A stretch of DNA of 64,000 nt from an uncultured Methanolobus sp. (GTDB lineage: Archaea > Halobacteriota > Methanosarcinia > Methanosarcinales > Methanosarcinaceae), in contig OY776215.1 of assembly GCA_963675495.1 (NCBI GenBank), positions 640,001 through 704,000 of the forward strand, in the 5' to 3' direction. Below, piece after piece: positions 50,853 to 60,212 of this stretch. The first letter of the stretch is position 1; every line of letters starts with the position of its first letter. Made by a program: the position numbers and the translations under genes. The notes under the pieces are model-generated. The model was not told the origin of the DNA and searched no databases. It saw only the letters and a program-made list of their open reading frames with translations.

Positions 50853-51650
50853 TCACTGCCTCTTAACTGTCATTTTCCTATACTGGATAATTCCGGCTTT
50901 GCCAACATTCTTTAAATTCTGCATGACCAGTTCCTTTGTCCACCCAACTATACCATCACACCATCTATTCGGATGAGCAAGGATACATATCTGGTTAAAA
51001 TTTTCAGTTTTGATAAGATCAATAACATCATTTGTATTGTTTATGTTTTTGCAATGTAGTGGTTTTACGCCATTGTCAGAGGATTCCAGAACATCTTTCA
51101 CACGTATATTACGATCAGCCCATGTCCTGCCAGTATCAGTTAGATAAAGAACTTTCGAATAATCTATGGAAAAATATGGTTCACCCATAATACCAAAATC
51201 AGTAAACTCAAAGTCGTTCCACAAATCCCTATTGGACCATGATGCAAGTGGATTGCCATGCATACAGGCGGTTGTCACTTCAGCATACTGACGCAAGTCA
51301 TCCAGTTCTTCTTCAAAAATACGAAGAGCCGTTTGTCTATCGCCTTTTGCTTTATCCATAACTTCATAATGGAAACCCACCTCGTGCCCCAGACAAGATA
51401 TCTCCTCAATGGCAGAAGGAATGAAAACATCCTTGACATGCCTGAAATAGTATGTTGACCTGATACCATATTCAGACTCAAGACGAGCCATTGAAAGATT
51501 TCGCTCCACCTTACGATCTACATCATGGCGCAGAATAATGCATTTGTCCCTGGGAGATATTAGATGATCATGTACCGTCGTTGTCCCGTAAGTGGTTGAA
51601 TTTATGGTTTCAAGCAGCTCCCTGTATTTGGACAATGTAAAATCTCTCAA
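50853..51650 (-). CDS. Polysaccharide-deacetylase-like (NodB/CE4 fold) protein
   Basis: LRHDVD, STYYF, GHEVGFHYE, MHG, YLTDTGRTW, LAHPNRW. TTG 51650 (MRDFTLSKY) follows GGAGGG. Confidence 0.7.
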   Translation of the reverse strand: MRDFTLSKYRELLETINSTTYGTTTVHDHLISPRDKCIILRHDVDRKVERNLSMARLESEYGIRSTYYFRHVKDVFIPSAIEEISCLGHEVGFHYEVMDKAKGDRQTALRIFEEELDDLRQYAEVTTACMHGNPLASWSNRDLWNDFEFTDFGIMGEPYFSIDYSKVLYLTDTGRTWADRNIRVKDVLESSDNGVKPLHCKNINNTNDVIDLIKTENFNQICILAHPNRWCDGIVGWTKELVMQNLKNVGKAGIIQYRKMTVKRQ

Positions 51651-51868
51651 AATAAACCCTCCATTGATGATTGACCGATAATAAAAGACAGTCATTGAAT
51701 ATAGTGACCTTCAGGACTCCATTCCTATAATCCTAGAACGATTAGAAATAAGAATTATAAATAATTCTATATAAAACTAGTACCTAATTGCATTAACTAC
51801 GATGATAAGTAGCACTCATCCTCAGTCAATTATTTATAGCAGATAAAGAGTCAGATATTAGGTAAAAA

Positions 51869-52696
51869 ATGCTGGATGAAAATAAAAATATAGTTATTAT
51901 TCTTTTAGTGCTCGCACTTTTCACAGGGGCAACTATAGAGCTAAGTGAAGGTTCTAAACTAATAGGTATAGTACTCTTCATTTTCGCAGGGTTGCTAATG
52001 TCTAGGATAAAATTGAAAGATAATCAAGGAATAAAGAGCTCAAGAAACTTCATAGCAATAGGTGTCTTTATCGTAGCTGCTGACCTCATATATAACTATG
52101 CCAACAAAAGCGATATTGGAACACTTGATTCAATGGCTTTTTTCCTTGGAGTATCGCTTATAGCTATGGGAACTGACAAAAAAGATATTAAACAAATGGG
52201 AGAACTCGGATTTTACATATCCTTTATATTCACCATCCTATACTTTATATTCTATAGTTTATTTGGATTTTTCAACATCGATTTTTTGCATTTGTTTGAC
52301 CATTACTTTGTTCTTATGCCCACTGTTGCCCTAATAAAGATCATTGGCATCCCAGTAGAGATAATAGCCACGGAAACAGTCATTCTCTACGGAGCAAAAC
52401 CCATGACGATAGTTATAGGTGGCCCATGTTCCGGGCTTTATTCCATGTTCCTTCTTATAGGCATCGTAACAGGATATTCAAGAATAGAAAAAATGGACAT
52501 CAATAGGTCATTTAGACTTCTTGGATTTGCAATATTGGTGGCATATGTAGCAAATCTCATCAGAGTATTAATCCTTTATATTGCAGCATATCTTTATGGC
52601 CTAGAAGTTATGATGACAGTTCACACCCATATTGGATGGATGATCTTTGCTTTAACAGCAGGAATTATAATGTACATCATAAACAAGAAGAGTTAA
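51869..52696 (+). CDS. artC: Archaeosortase C (PEF-CTERM-processing transpeptidase)
   Basis: Multi-TM protein with the exosortase/archaeosortase triad: Cys (GPCSGLYS), Arg (ANLIRV), His (HTHIGW). A PEF-CTERM gene lies 4 kb downstream. Confidence 0.88.
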   Translation: MLDENKNIVIILLVLALFTGATIELSEGSKLIGIVLFIFAGLLMSRIKLKDNQGIKSSRNFIAIGVFIVAADLIYNYANKSDIGTLDSMAFFLGVSLIAMGTDKKDIKQMGELGFYISFIFTILYFIFYSLFGFFNIDFLHLFDHYFVLMPTVALIKIIGIPVEIIATETVILYGAKPMTIVIGGPCSGLYSMFLLIGIVTGYSRIEKMDINRSFRLLGFAILVAYVANLIRVLILYIAAYLYGLEVMMTVHTHIGWMIFALTAGIIMYIINKKS

Positions 52697-52717
52697 AAAG
52701 AAGTCAAGGGCGTATGA

Positions 52718-52954
52718 CTAGCGCCCTATCAACCTTTTTTTGAAAATAATAGCTGCTATAAGCAACATTACAATTACAATCCCCATATAAACGAAGCTAG
52801 TGACAGCTATGATAGAGAACCTGAAATCCTGTAGTGCGAATGTGATAACTACAAGAATAGCAACAAGCACAATCGAATAGGAAAGAAAGCTTAATGCAAG
52901 AGCCTGTTTCCAGCTTTTAATGTTTGTTAAGAAATAATTGATCGTTGAGAACAT
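52718..52954 (-). CDS. Small two-TM membrane protein
   Basis: 78 aa with two hydrophobic segments and a basic tail; GAGG ribosome-binding site; directly follows the HtpX-like gene. Confidence 0.7.
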   Translation of the reverse strand: MFSTINYFLTNIKSWKQALALSFLSYSIVLVAILVVITFALQDFRFSIIAVTSFVYMGIVIVMLLIAAIIFKKRLIGR

Positions 52955-52967
52955 GGTAGAACCTCAT

Positions 52968-53888
52968 TCAATTCACATCTGCTCCTTCAAGCGCTTTTAA
53001 ACGTTGGGAAAAGTCGGGTTTCATATCAAATAGGGAAAGATGGACATCATAAAAAGAATTCACTTTTACGGGATTTACTGCAAAAAGGTGAACGTGCCCA
53101 GGATTGAAATATTCGAAAGAATTAATTCGTATAGAATAGTAAATCCTTTTCAAAGCCGAGATCAGTGTTTCCTTGTCCTTTAAGGTTTTAGCAGCCAGCA
53201 CATCTGAATTTATCGTAGAATCTATAGATGCAAGATACACCACTATTGCAGCAGGTATCATTACCAGGCCCATGGCAAAAAGTCTCATGAACTTTGGTGC
53301 AGAGTCTCCCTTTCCTCCAGAGCCAATGAGCATGGAAATCCATTGGAAGATTGTCGAAAAGGAAGCAATAATACCTCCAATTAAAGCCACAAAAGTGTTT
53401 TGAATCACGCTTCCTTCTGATATCCGTGCAATCTCACGAGCAAATATAGCCTCTAACTCATTGTCAGGTAGTAGTTCCAGAAGCCCATATGACATCACGA
53501 TCTCACTTCTTTTTTTACTACCCACAGTAAAGACAATTGGAACTTGCGAATCAAAAAGATAGGGCTTGGGACAACTAACTGAAAAAATACCAGAAAGCTT
53601 CTCCAGTATCAGATACATATCTGCATGCTCATCGCGAGGTATATACTTACACCTGTACCATCTCAGTATAATTTTGTCAGATGAATAGTATATATACCTG
53701 TATAATAGAAAAATAACAAACAAACTTGCACATGCAGCTAAGATACCCCCATAATAAAATGTGAGTAACACTACTGGCAGGGAAATTACAATAAACAGAA
53801 GATATATCCAAAATTTGTTTCTAATAACGACCCCTCTTTTATTCCATGTGAAATGTACCTGATTTTGATAGATGTAATACAATAACAA
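52968..53888 (-). CDS. HtpX/M48-like protein lacking the zinc-binding motif (pseudo-peptidase); start uncertain
   Basis: YYSSDKIIL, P.PYL, SYGLLELL..NELEAIFAREIARI (HExxH replaced by REIAR), LISALKRI, HLFAVNP, PDFSQRLKAL. Confidence 0.8.
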   Translation of the reverse strand: MLLYYIYQNQVHFTWNKRGVVIRNKFWIYLLFIVISLPVVLLTFYYGGILAACASLFVIFLLYRYIYYSSDKIILRWYRCKYIPRDEHADMYLILEKLSGIFSVSCPKPYLFDSQVPIVFTVGSKKRSEIVMSYGLLELLPDNELEAIFAREIARISEGSVIQNTFVALIGGIIASFSTIFQWISMLIGSGGKGDSAPKFMRLFAMGLVMIPAAIVVYLASIDSTINSDVLAAKTLKDKETLISALKRIYYSIRINSFEYFNPGHVHLFAVNPVKVNSFYDVHLSLFDMKPDFSQRLKALEGADVN

Positions 53889-53969
53889 CCTATACTTATA
53901 TATTTTAGCAAAGAGTTACAATCTATCCATAAATAATTCATTATATATTAATCACTCTACAGGGATATA

Positions 53970-56693
53970 GTGACACGGATGTTCAAGTTAAATAAATGTA
54001 AGTACACCCAGGATTTAATGCTGCTGTTGATAGCGTTGTTACTATCAGTTGTATTCATTCTGATACCACCTTTCAATGAAGTACCACTAAGAATACTCTT
54101 TACTATATTGATAATATTTTTCATACCAGGGTATGCTTTTGTCTCGGCATTATTCCCTTGTAGAGATATAACGAATATAGAAAGACTTACTATGAGCGTG
54201 GGTTTTAGTGTAGTGATCATGGTCTTTACCAGTTTTGCAATAAACAATTCTGAATTGGACTTCAGACCTGAAGCTATTACTAGGTCACTGGCAATCTTTA
54301 CATTTGCGTTTATGGTCCTAACATTTTTTTCCAGAAAGCTTCATCCTGTAGAGAAACAATTTGTTTTTTCATTCAGTGCTTTCATCAACTCATTAAAATC
54401 CGTGGAAGAGAGTAATGATAAGGATGAAGAAATAAAGCATCAAAAACTGGAAGAACATAAGAAATTTACAATGAAAAGCCGAAAAAAAGTATCTCCCGTA
54501 AGCAAAAATAAAGATAGACCTATAAAGCAACCAGAAGCAAATCAGGTCCCCCCTGAAATTACAAAAGCCCTAATGTCTGCATTGGTTATTTCCATTATTA
54601 TTGCAGGCGCCATGTTTGCCTACGCAAAAGTTACCGAGGAAAAAGAAACATTTACTGCGCTCTATATACTGGGGCCGGATGGAAAAGCTGAAAATTACCC
54701 CGAGACTTTTTCCGCATCAAACACCATTGGTATAAACGTAGGCATAGAAAATTTTGAGCATGAATACGTAGTATATGTCATCCAGGCAAAATTGGATGGT
54801 GACGTCCTTGAAGAGAAAAAGATAGCTCTGGACCATGAAGAGAAATGGGAACAAAACTGGACACTCACTCCTGTGAAAAATAAAGTCGGAAAACAAAAAC
54901 TAGAATTTGCCCTTTATAAAGAAAATGTCAGTGAGTCTGCATATAGGACAGTTCATCTTTGGGTTACGCAGGATTCAGGTTCACAACCTATATCAAGTGA
55001 AGAAGGAAAAGATGAAACAACTGAGTTTGCTGATTTCATCACTCTGGTAAACCCATCCATGGAATCTGATGATGGATGGAAATTTGATAGCACTAATAGG
55101 GCTGATACAAGTGGCAACTATATCGATGGAGCAGGAATCTACTCATCACGCGCATACTTGATAAACAGTACTTCTGAAAGTGCGAGTGAACAATTTACTT
55201 CTCACTCTATTCAGCAGGAAGTACTCAGCAAAAAGACCGAGGATATGGTTCTGTCCGTTTTCCTGAAGGACACCTACACAGATACCCGCACTGAAGGTGA
55301 GACGCAATATAAGCAGATCTTCTTTAATGGAGAGGTATTGTGGGGCGATGGAATAGGCGGGAACGAAGGATGGCAGCATATACAAGTGCCTGTGACTGTA
55401 AAGAAAGGAAGCAATATACTCTCATTCAACATCATAGCAAACAGGAATCAGCTTGCATATCCTGCCGGCCTTATAGTGGACGAGATCAGCTTCCTTCCAT
55501 TATCAGAACTTTCACCTTACAGGCAAGATGATTTCACTGTAGAATTCGATCTGCCAGTTTCAAAGGTCCTTCCCCTAACACCTGCTGCACAGGACAACAA
55601 ATTTACAGTACAATGGAACGGAACTGATGCTGGATCAGGCATTCTATATTATGACATCGAATATAGTACTGACACTATTAACTGGAAAAAACTATTAAGC
55701 AAGACCACAGCCACCTCTACAGAGTTCACAGCTGAGAAAGATGTTACATATTACTTCAGGTCAAGAGCTACAGATAAAGCCCTTAACATGGAAAAAGAAC
55801 ATCTCGTACCCGACACAAGCACTATGGTCGATAGCACGCCACCTGAGATAACTCTGGATATAACGCCCAATCCAACAAGTGAATCAACATATTTTACCGT
55901 TGAGTCGAATGAGCCACTTTCAGAAGTTATTTGTTCAATATCCCCTCATACCTTTGGAGGCACAGAGAATATTGTAATGAAAACAACTGATAATATGGTA
56001 TGGACTGCGAAGTACACTATTACAGTGAACGACTATTTTGACGTCGAAATGTATGCAAAAGACTATGCAGGCAATACAGGATATGCTTTAGATGTCTTAT
56101 CTACCGATACATCACTTGAAGAACTGACAATAATAACCGATCCTGAAGAAACATCAGGAGATGTCACATTTACGGTGTCTTCGTCAATAGCCCTTGAAGA
56201 TGTACCTGAATTAGTAGTGAAAGACCGATCAAATGACGTTCTGGATGTAGAGTTTAAGAGTTCAGAGGACAATGAGTATAAATTCACACTGAAAATAGAA
56301 GACGATGATGACGATATAAGCGATGGGGTTGCACGTGTGACAGTCACAGCAAAAACAGTGAACTCAGAAACTCTTTATGAAGAAGAGACCTTCGTGATCG
56401 ACAGAATAAGCCCTACAATCAAAAGTTATACCCCTGACGATGGAGAAACAATTAATTCCAATAATCCTACGATAAGAGCTTCATTCTCTGATGACCGATC
56501 AGGAATTGAAAGAGATGAAACAATACTCAAAGTGAATGGAGTGGATGTAACAGCTAACACTGAAAGAAACTATGAATCCATACTTTACAATGCAGAAGGA
56601 CTTCCATACGGAGAAAACACAATGTATCTTTTCATCAGAGACCAGGCAGGCAACACAAATGAAGAAGAGTGGAGCTTCTACATATCCTCATAA
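53970..56693 (+). CDS. DUF1616-family membrane protein extended by extracellular beta-sandwich/FN3/Ig domains
   Basis: FIPGYAFVSALFP, IERLTMSVGFS, FTALYILGPDGKAENYP, KLEFALYK, YRTVHLWV; then an FN3-like region (VQWNGTD..YYFRSRATD) and Ig-like repeats. Confidence 0.85.
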   Translation: MTRMFKLNKCKYTQDLMLLLIALLLSVVFILIPPFNEVPLRILFTILIIFFIPGYAFVSALFPCRDITNIERLTMSVGFSVVIMVFTSFAINNSELDFRPEAITRSLAIFTFAFMVLTFFSRKLHPVEKQFVFSFSAFINSLKSVEESNDKDEEIKHQKLEEHKKFTMKSRKKVSPVSKNKDRPIKQPEANQVPPEITKALMSALVISIIIAGAMFAYAKVTEEKETFTALYILGPDGKAENYPETFSASNTIGINVGIENFEHEYVVYVIQAKLDGDVLEEKKIALDHEEKWEQNWTLTPVKNKVGKQKLEFALYKENVSESAYRTVHLWVTQDSGSQPISSEEGKDETTEFADFITLVNPSMESDDGWKFDSTNRADTSGNYIDGAGIYSSRAYLINSTSESASEQFTSHSIQQEVLSKKTEDMVLSVFLKDTYTDTRTEGETQYKQIFFNGEVLWGDGIGGNEGWQHIQVPVTVKKGSNILSFNIIANRNQLAYPAGLIVDEISFLPLSELSPYRQDDFTVEFDLPVSKVLPLTPAAQDNKFTVQWNGTDAGSGILYYDIEYSTDTINWKKLLSKTTATSTEFTAEKDVTYYFRSRATDKALNMEKEHLVPDTSTMVDSTPPEITLDITPNPTSESTYFTVESNEPLSEVICSISPHTFGGTENIVMKTTDNMVWTAKYTITVNDYFDVEMYAKDYAGNTGYALDVLSTDTSLEELTIITDPEETSGDVTFTVSSSIALEDVPELVVKDRSNDVLDVEFKSSEDNEYKFTLKIEDDDDDISDGVARVTVTAKTVNSETLYEEETFVIDRISPTIKSYTPDDGETINSNNPTIRASFSDDRSGIERDETILKVNGVDVTANTERNYESILYNAEGLPYGENTMYLFIRDQAGNTNEEEWSFYISS

Positions 56694-56823
56694 ACTCCCT
56701 AAAGACCAAGAACTCATTATAATGATGCGCATGATTTTAGTCTGTTTGCAAAAGTATATATAGATAAAAAGCAAACAAGAACATGACAATAAATTTATTT
56801 AACAATAAAAGGTGGTACGAACA

Positions 56824-57333
56824 ATGAAGAAAATGATTTTGGCAACACTTGTTGCACTAATTATGCTTTCTGGCGTCGCATCTGCATATAATGCAGCTAT
56901 ATGGAACGAAGAAGGAACAGACACAGCACCAAACCCACTATATTTGAAACCCGGAGACTCACTAACATTGAGCTACCACGTTCAGAAACTTGCACCAGCA
57001 GCTGTTGGTGTAGAGATCCCATACGACTACACAGTCGTTGCACTTAGCCCAGGAGCACAAGTATCAGACATAACTGTAACACTCCCTGCAACATTCACAC
57101 CAGCAGCTGTTGAAGATACAGATGTAGGAGTGATCGATATTGCACTTGACGGAGCAGCACCAGTCGGAGAAGAATACCGTGTGACAATCAAAGCAGGTGA
57201 CGAACAAGTTGATATCGACTTTGGATCAGCTTCAAGGAATGTTACAAGCATCCCTGAGTTCCCAACCGTTGCACTCCCAGTAGCTGCAATTCTCGGTCTT
57301 GCATTCTTCATGCAGCGCCGCAAGGAAGAGTAA
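56824..57333 (+). CDS. PEF-CTERM sorting-domain surface protein
   Basis: Signal peptide MKKMILA..ASA; C-terminus IPEFPTVALPVAAILGLAFFMQRRKEE (PEF motif, TM helix, basic cluster). AGGTGG ribosome-binding site. Confidence 0.93.
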   Translation: MKKMILATLVALIMLSGVASAYNAAIWNEEGTDTAPNPLYLKPGDSLTLSYHVQKLAPAAVGVEIPYDYTVVALSPGAQVSDITVTLPATFTPAAVEDTDVGVIDIALDGAAPVGEEYRVTIKAGDEQVDIDFGSASRNVTSIPEFPTVALPVAAILGLAFFMQRRKEE

Positions 57334-57373
57334 GTTAACAAACTTACTTCTACTTTTTTTTATTCTTTTTTTC
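57329..57373 (+). terminator. Hairpin plus long T-tracts
   Basis: AGTAAGTT-AACA-AACTTACT followed by runs of T. Confidence 0.7.
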
Positions 57374-57451
57374 CGTTGTTTTGCTTTCGTTTTCTTTAAC
57401 TCTAACATTTATATTCTTTTAACCCCATACTTCCCTGAATAAAATCAGAAG

Positions 57452-58507
57452 ATGGCTATTATGGAAGAATTAATCACAAAATTATCAAATGCCCATGGCA
57501 TATCCGGTAGCGAAGGGAATATCAGGACCATCCTTGAAGAAGAACTAAAACCATATGTGGATGAGATGAGGGTTGACAAGATGGGCAATCTCATAGCTGT
57601 CAAAAAGGGAGAAGGACCTTCCATTATGCTTGCAGCTCACATGGATGAGATCGGCCTGATGACCAAATACATAGATGACAATGGATTCCTCAAGTTTGTG
57701 AAAATTGGTGGCTGGTACGATCCTACACTGCACAGCCAAAGAGTTGTCGTTCATACTACAAAGGGTCCCATCCCCGGAGTAATTGGTTCAAAACCACCAC
57801 ACGTTATGAAAGAGGATGACAGGAAAAAGCTCCCAAAGGCAGAGGATATGTTCATTGATGTTGGTGCAAAAGATAAAGATGATGCCACAAAAATGGGAAT
57901 CATCATAGGAACTCCCGTTTCTATGGACCGTGAAGTCAAGAAACTGGCAAACGGCAAGATAACCGGTAAAGCGTTTGACAACAGAGCAGGTTGTGCCATT
58001 GTAATCGATGCCATGAAACAGATAGCAGAGATGGACATTAAAGCAACTGTGTATGTTGTTGGTACGGTACAGGAAGAAGTTGGCCTTAAAGGTGCACGCA
58101 CATCTGCATTCGCACTCAACCCCGATATTGCCATAGCAATAGACACAACGATTCCGGGAGACCACCCTGGTATGAGTAAGAATGAGTCCGCACTGGACAT
58201 TGGCAAAGGTGGAGCGATCACCATAGCTGACGCATCAGGTAGAGGGCTAATAGCAGCCCCACAGGTCGTTAAATGGCTTGTAGAGACTGCAGATAAGAAC
58301 AGCATCCCTTACCAGACAGATGTAGGAGATGGTGGTACAACCGATGCAACAGCCATCCACCTCACAAGGGAAGGAATACCATCTACCGTCCTCAGTGTCG
58401 CAACAAGATACATACACTCGCCAGTGGAAGTCCTCGACCTTGCAGACCTGCAACACTGCTCAGACCTATTGGCAAAGGCAGTTCTAAGTGTCAACGACTA
58501 TTTCTAA
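57452..58507 (+). CDS. M42-family (TET) metallo-aminopeptidase
   Basis: AAHMDEIG, GKAFDNRAGC, QEEVGLKGA, GGTTDA, RYIHSPVE. Confidence 0.93.
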   Translation: MAIMEELITKLSNAHGISGSEGNIRTILEEELKPYVDEMRVDKMGNLIAVKKGEGPSIMLAAHMDEIGLMTKYIDDNGFLKFVKIGGWYDPTLHSQRVVVHTTKGPIPGVIGSKPPHVMKEDDRKKLPKAEDMFIDVGAKDKDDATKMGIIIGTPVSMDREVKKLANGKITGKAFDNRAGCAIVIDAMKQIAEMDIKATVYVVGTVQEEVGLKGARTSAFALNPDIAIAIDTTIPGDHPGMSKNESALDIGKGGAITIADASGRGLIAAPQVVKWLVETADKNSIPYQTDVGDGGTTDATAIHLTREGIPSTVLSVATRYIHSPVEVLDLADLQHCSDLLAKAVLSVNDYF

Positions 58508-58609
58508 GCGTTACAAAATTATCCGGGGCTCCAGTGCCCTGCTTTTTTATGACGAATCGTGATAGATTAATCGTTATACATATATATCACTTCAGTGTAT
58601 CCAACTAGG

Positions 58610-58626
58610 CTGCTACTGAGTAGCAG
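58610..58626 (+). promoter_or_regulatory. Perfect hairpin in the putative cimA-ilv leader
   Basis: CTGCTAC-TGA-GTAGCAG lies between a TATA-like tract (58574-58587) and the SD-like GTGAGG (58636-58641). Confidence 0.45.
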
Positions 58627-58642
58627 ACAAATATTGTGAGGG

Positions 58643-60121
58643 ATTGTATTATTCGAAAATGTCCGGTTTTTAGACACAACTCTTAGAGATGGTGAACAGA
58701 CACCAGGTGTAGCACTTAGCAGCGAAGATAAAGTAGCCATTGCTACAAAGCTGGATGAACTTGGTGTAGACGTTATAGAGGCTGGCTCGGCCATCACCTC
58801 AGAAGGTGAACGCGAGTCCATAAGAGCCGTTGTTGCTGAAGGATTAAATGCGGAGATATGCAGCTACTGCAGGATCATGAAACCAGATGTAGACTATGCA
58901 CTGGCATGTGATGTAGATTCTATTCACCTTGTAGCTCCGGTTTCTGACCTTCATATCAATGTAAAGCTTAAGAAAGACAGGGAAACAGTAAGGCAGATGG
59001 CTGTGGACGTAACAGAATACGCAAAGGAACACGGCCTTATTGTTGAGCTTAGCGGAGAAGACGCTTCAAGAGCTGATGTTGGATTCCTTAAGTCATTATA
59101 CAATGATGGAGTGGAAGCAGGGGCTGACAGATTATGTTTCTGCGACACCATAGGATTACTTGTTCCTGAAAAGACAGAATTCATATTCAGCGACATATGC
59201 TCTGCAGTAAAAGCACCTGTGAGCATCCACTGCCATAATGACTTTGGCCTGGGAACAGCCAACACCATAGCAGCCTTGAGAGCAGGAGCACAGCAGGCCC
59301 ATGTGACCATCAACGGTATTGGTGAAAGGTCCGGCAACACTGCTCTGGAAGAAGTTGTCATGAGCATTGAATGGCTCTACAAATGTAAGACACGGATTAA
59401 TACGAAAGAGCTCTTCAAGACCTCAAGGCTTGTAAGCAGACTCACAGGATTACCTGTGGCACCAAACAAATCACTTATAGGCGGAAATGCATTCACCCAT
59501 GAAGCTGGTATCCACGTACATGGCTTGCTGGCAGACACAAGTACCTATGAGCCGATAAAACCAGAAGTTCTTGGCAGAGAAAGAAAGATCGTACTTGGCA
59601 AGCATGCTGGAAAAAGTTCAGTTACACTGGCAGTCAAGGAAATGGGATTTGAAGTCGATGATTCCCAACTGCACGAAATACTTAACCGTGTCAAGGAGTT
59701 AGGAGACCACGGTAAGAAAGTTACCGATGCAGACCTGCAGGCAATTACCGACACGGTACTCAATATCCAGAGAGAAGCAAGGGTCGTCCTTGAAGAATTC
59801 ACAGTAGTGTCAGGTAACAAAGTAACCCCAACCGCCTCTGTTAAAATGAAAGTGGACGGGAAGGAAGTAGTAGAAGCAGGTATCGGAGACGGACCTGTTG
59901 ATGCAACACTTGAAAGTATCAAGAAAGGAATATCAGGTATTGCCGATGTAGAACTTGAAGAATATCATGTAGACGCCATCAGCGGAGGAACCGATGCTCT
60001 TGTAGAGGTTTTGGTTAAACTCTCCAAAGATGGAAAGATGGTTACTTCCAGAGGATCACGCACAGACATAGTAATGGCATCTGTTGAAGCAGTCCTTAAT
60101 GGAATAAACCGCCTCATCTGA
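58643..60121 (+). CDS. cimA: (R)-citramalate synthase (LeuA/CimA family); start non-canonical or uncertain
   Basis: The ORF-track frame extends upstream of 58877 through FLDTTLRDGEQTPG (58667-58708) to TGA at 58637-58639. HCHNDFG, GIGERSGN, HEAGIH and GPVDA motifs. Position before ilvBNC matches Methanosarcinales cimA; leuA is not fully excluded. Confidence 0.8.
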   Translation: MVLFENVRFLDTTLRDGEQTPGVALSSEDKVAIATKLDELGVDVIEAGSAITSEGERESIRAVVAEGLNAEICSYCRIMKPDVDYALACDVDSIHLVAPVSDLHINVKLKKDRETVRQMAVDVTEYAKEHGLIVELSGEDASRADVGFLKSLYNDGVEAGADRLCFCDTIGLLVPEKTEFIFSDICSAVKAPVSIHCHNDFGLGTANTIAALRAGAQQAHVTINGIGERSGNTALEEVVMSIEWLYKCKTRINTKELFKTSRLVSRLTGLPVAPNKSLIGGNAFTHEAGIHVHGLLADTSTYEPIKPEVLGRERKIVLGKHAGKSSVTLAVKEMGFEVDDSQLHEILNRVKELGDHGKKVTDADLQAITDTVLNIQREARVVLEEFTVVSGNKVTPTASVKMKVDGKEVVEAGIGDGPVDATLESIKKGISGIADVELEEYHVDAISGGTDALVEVLVKLSKDGKMVTSRGSRTDIVMASVEAVLNGINRLI

Positions 60122-60212
60122 AATGTCAGAAATTATAACATAGATACTAGCATTTTAGATGTATATTAGATTTAACGACTTGATTTATTGATTTGAAAAT
60201 TAGAGGTTTTAT

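Noticed and set aside
57452-58507. M42 protein as an endoglucanase partner for the cohesin/dockerin proteins
   Set aside because: M42 'cellulase' labels are a known misannotation. The motifs are those of a cytoplasmic TET aminopeptidase, with no signal peptide or dockerin.
58877-60121. ORF-track start of the LeuA/CimA gene at ATG 58877
   Set aside because: It would delete the catalytic DTTLRDGEQ motif, which is present in frame upstream.
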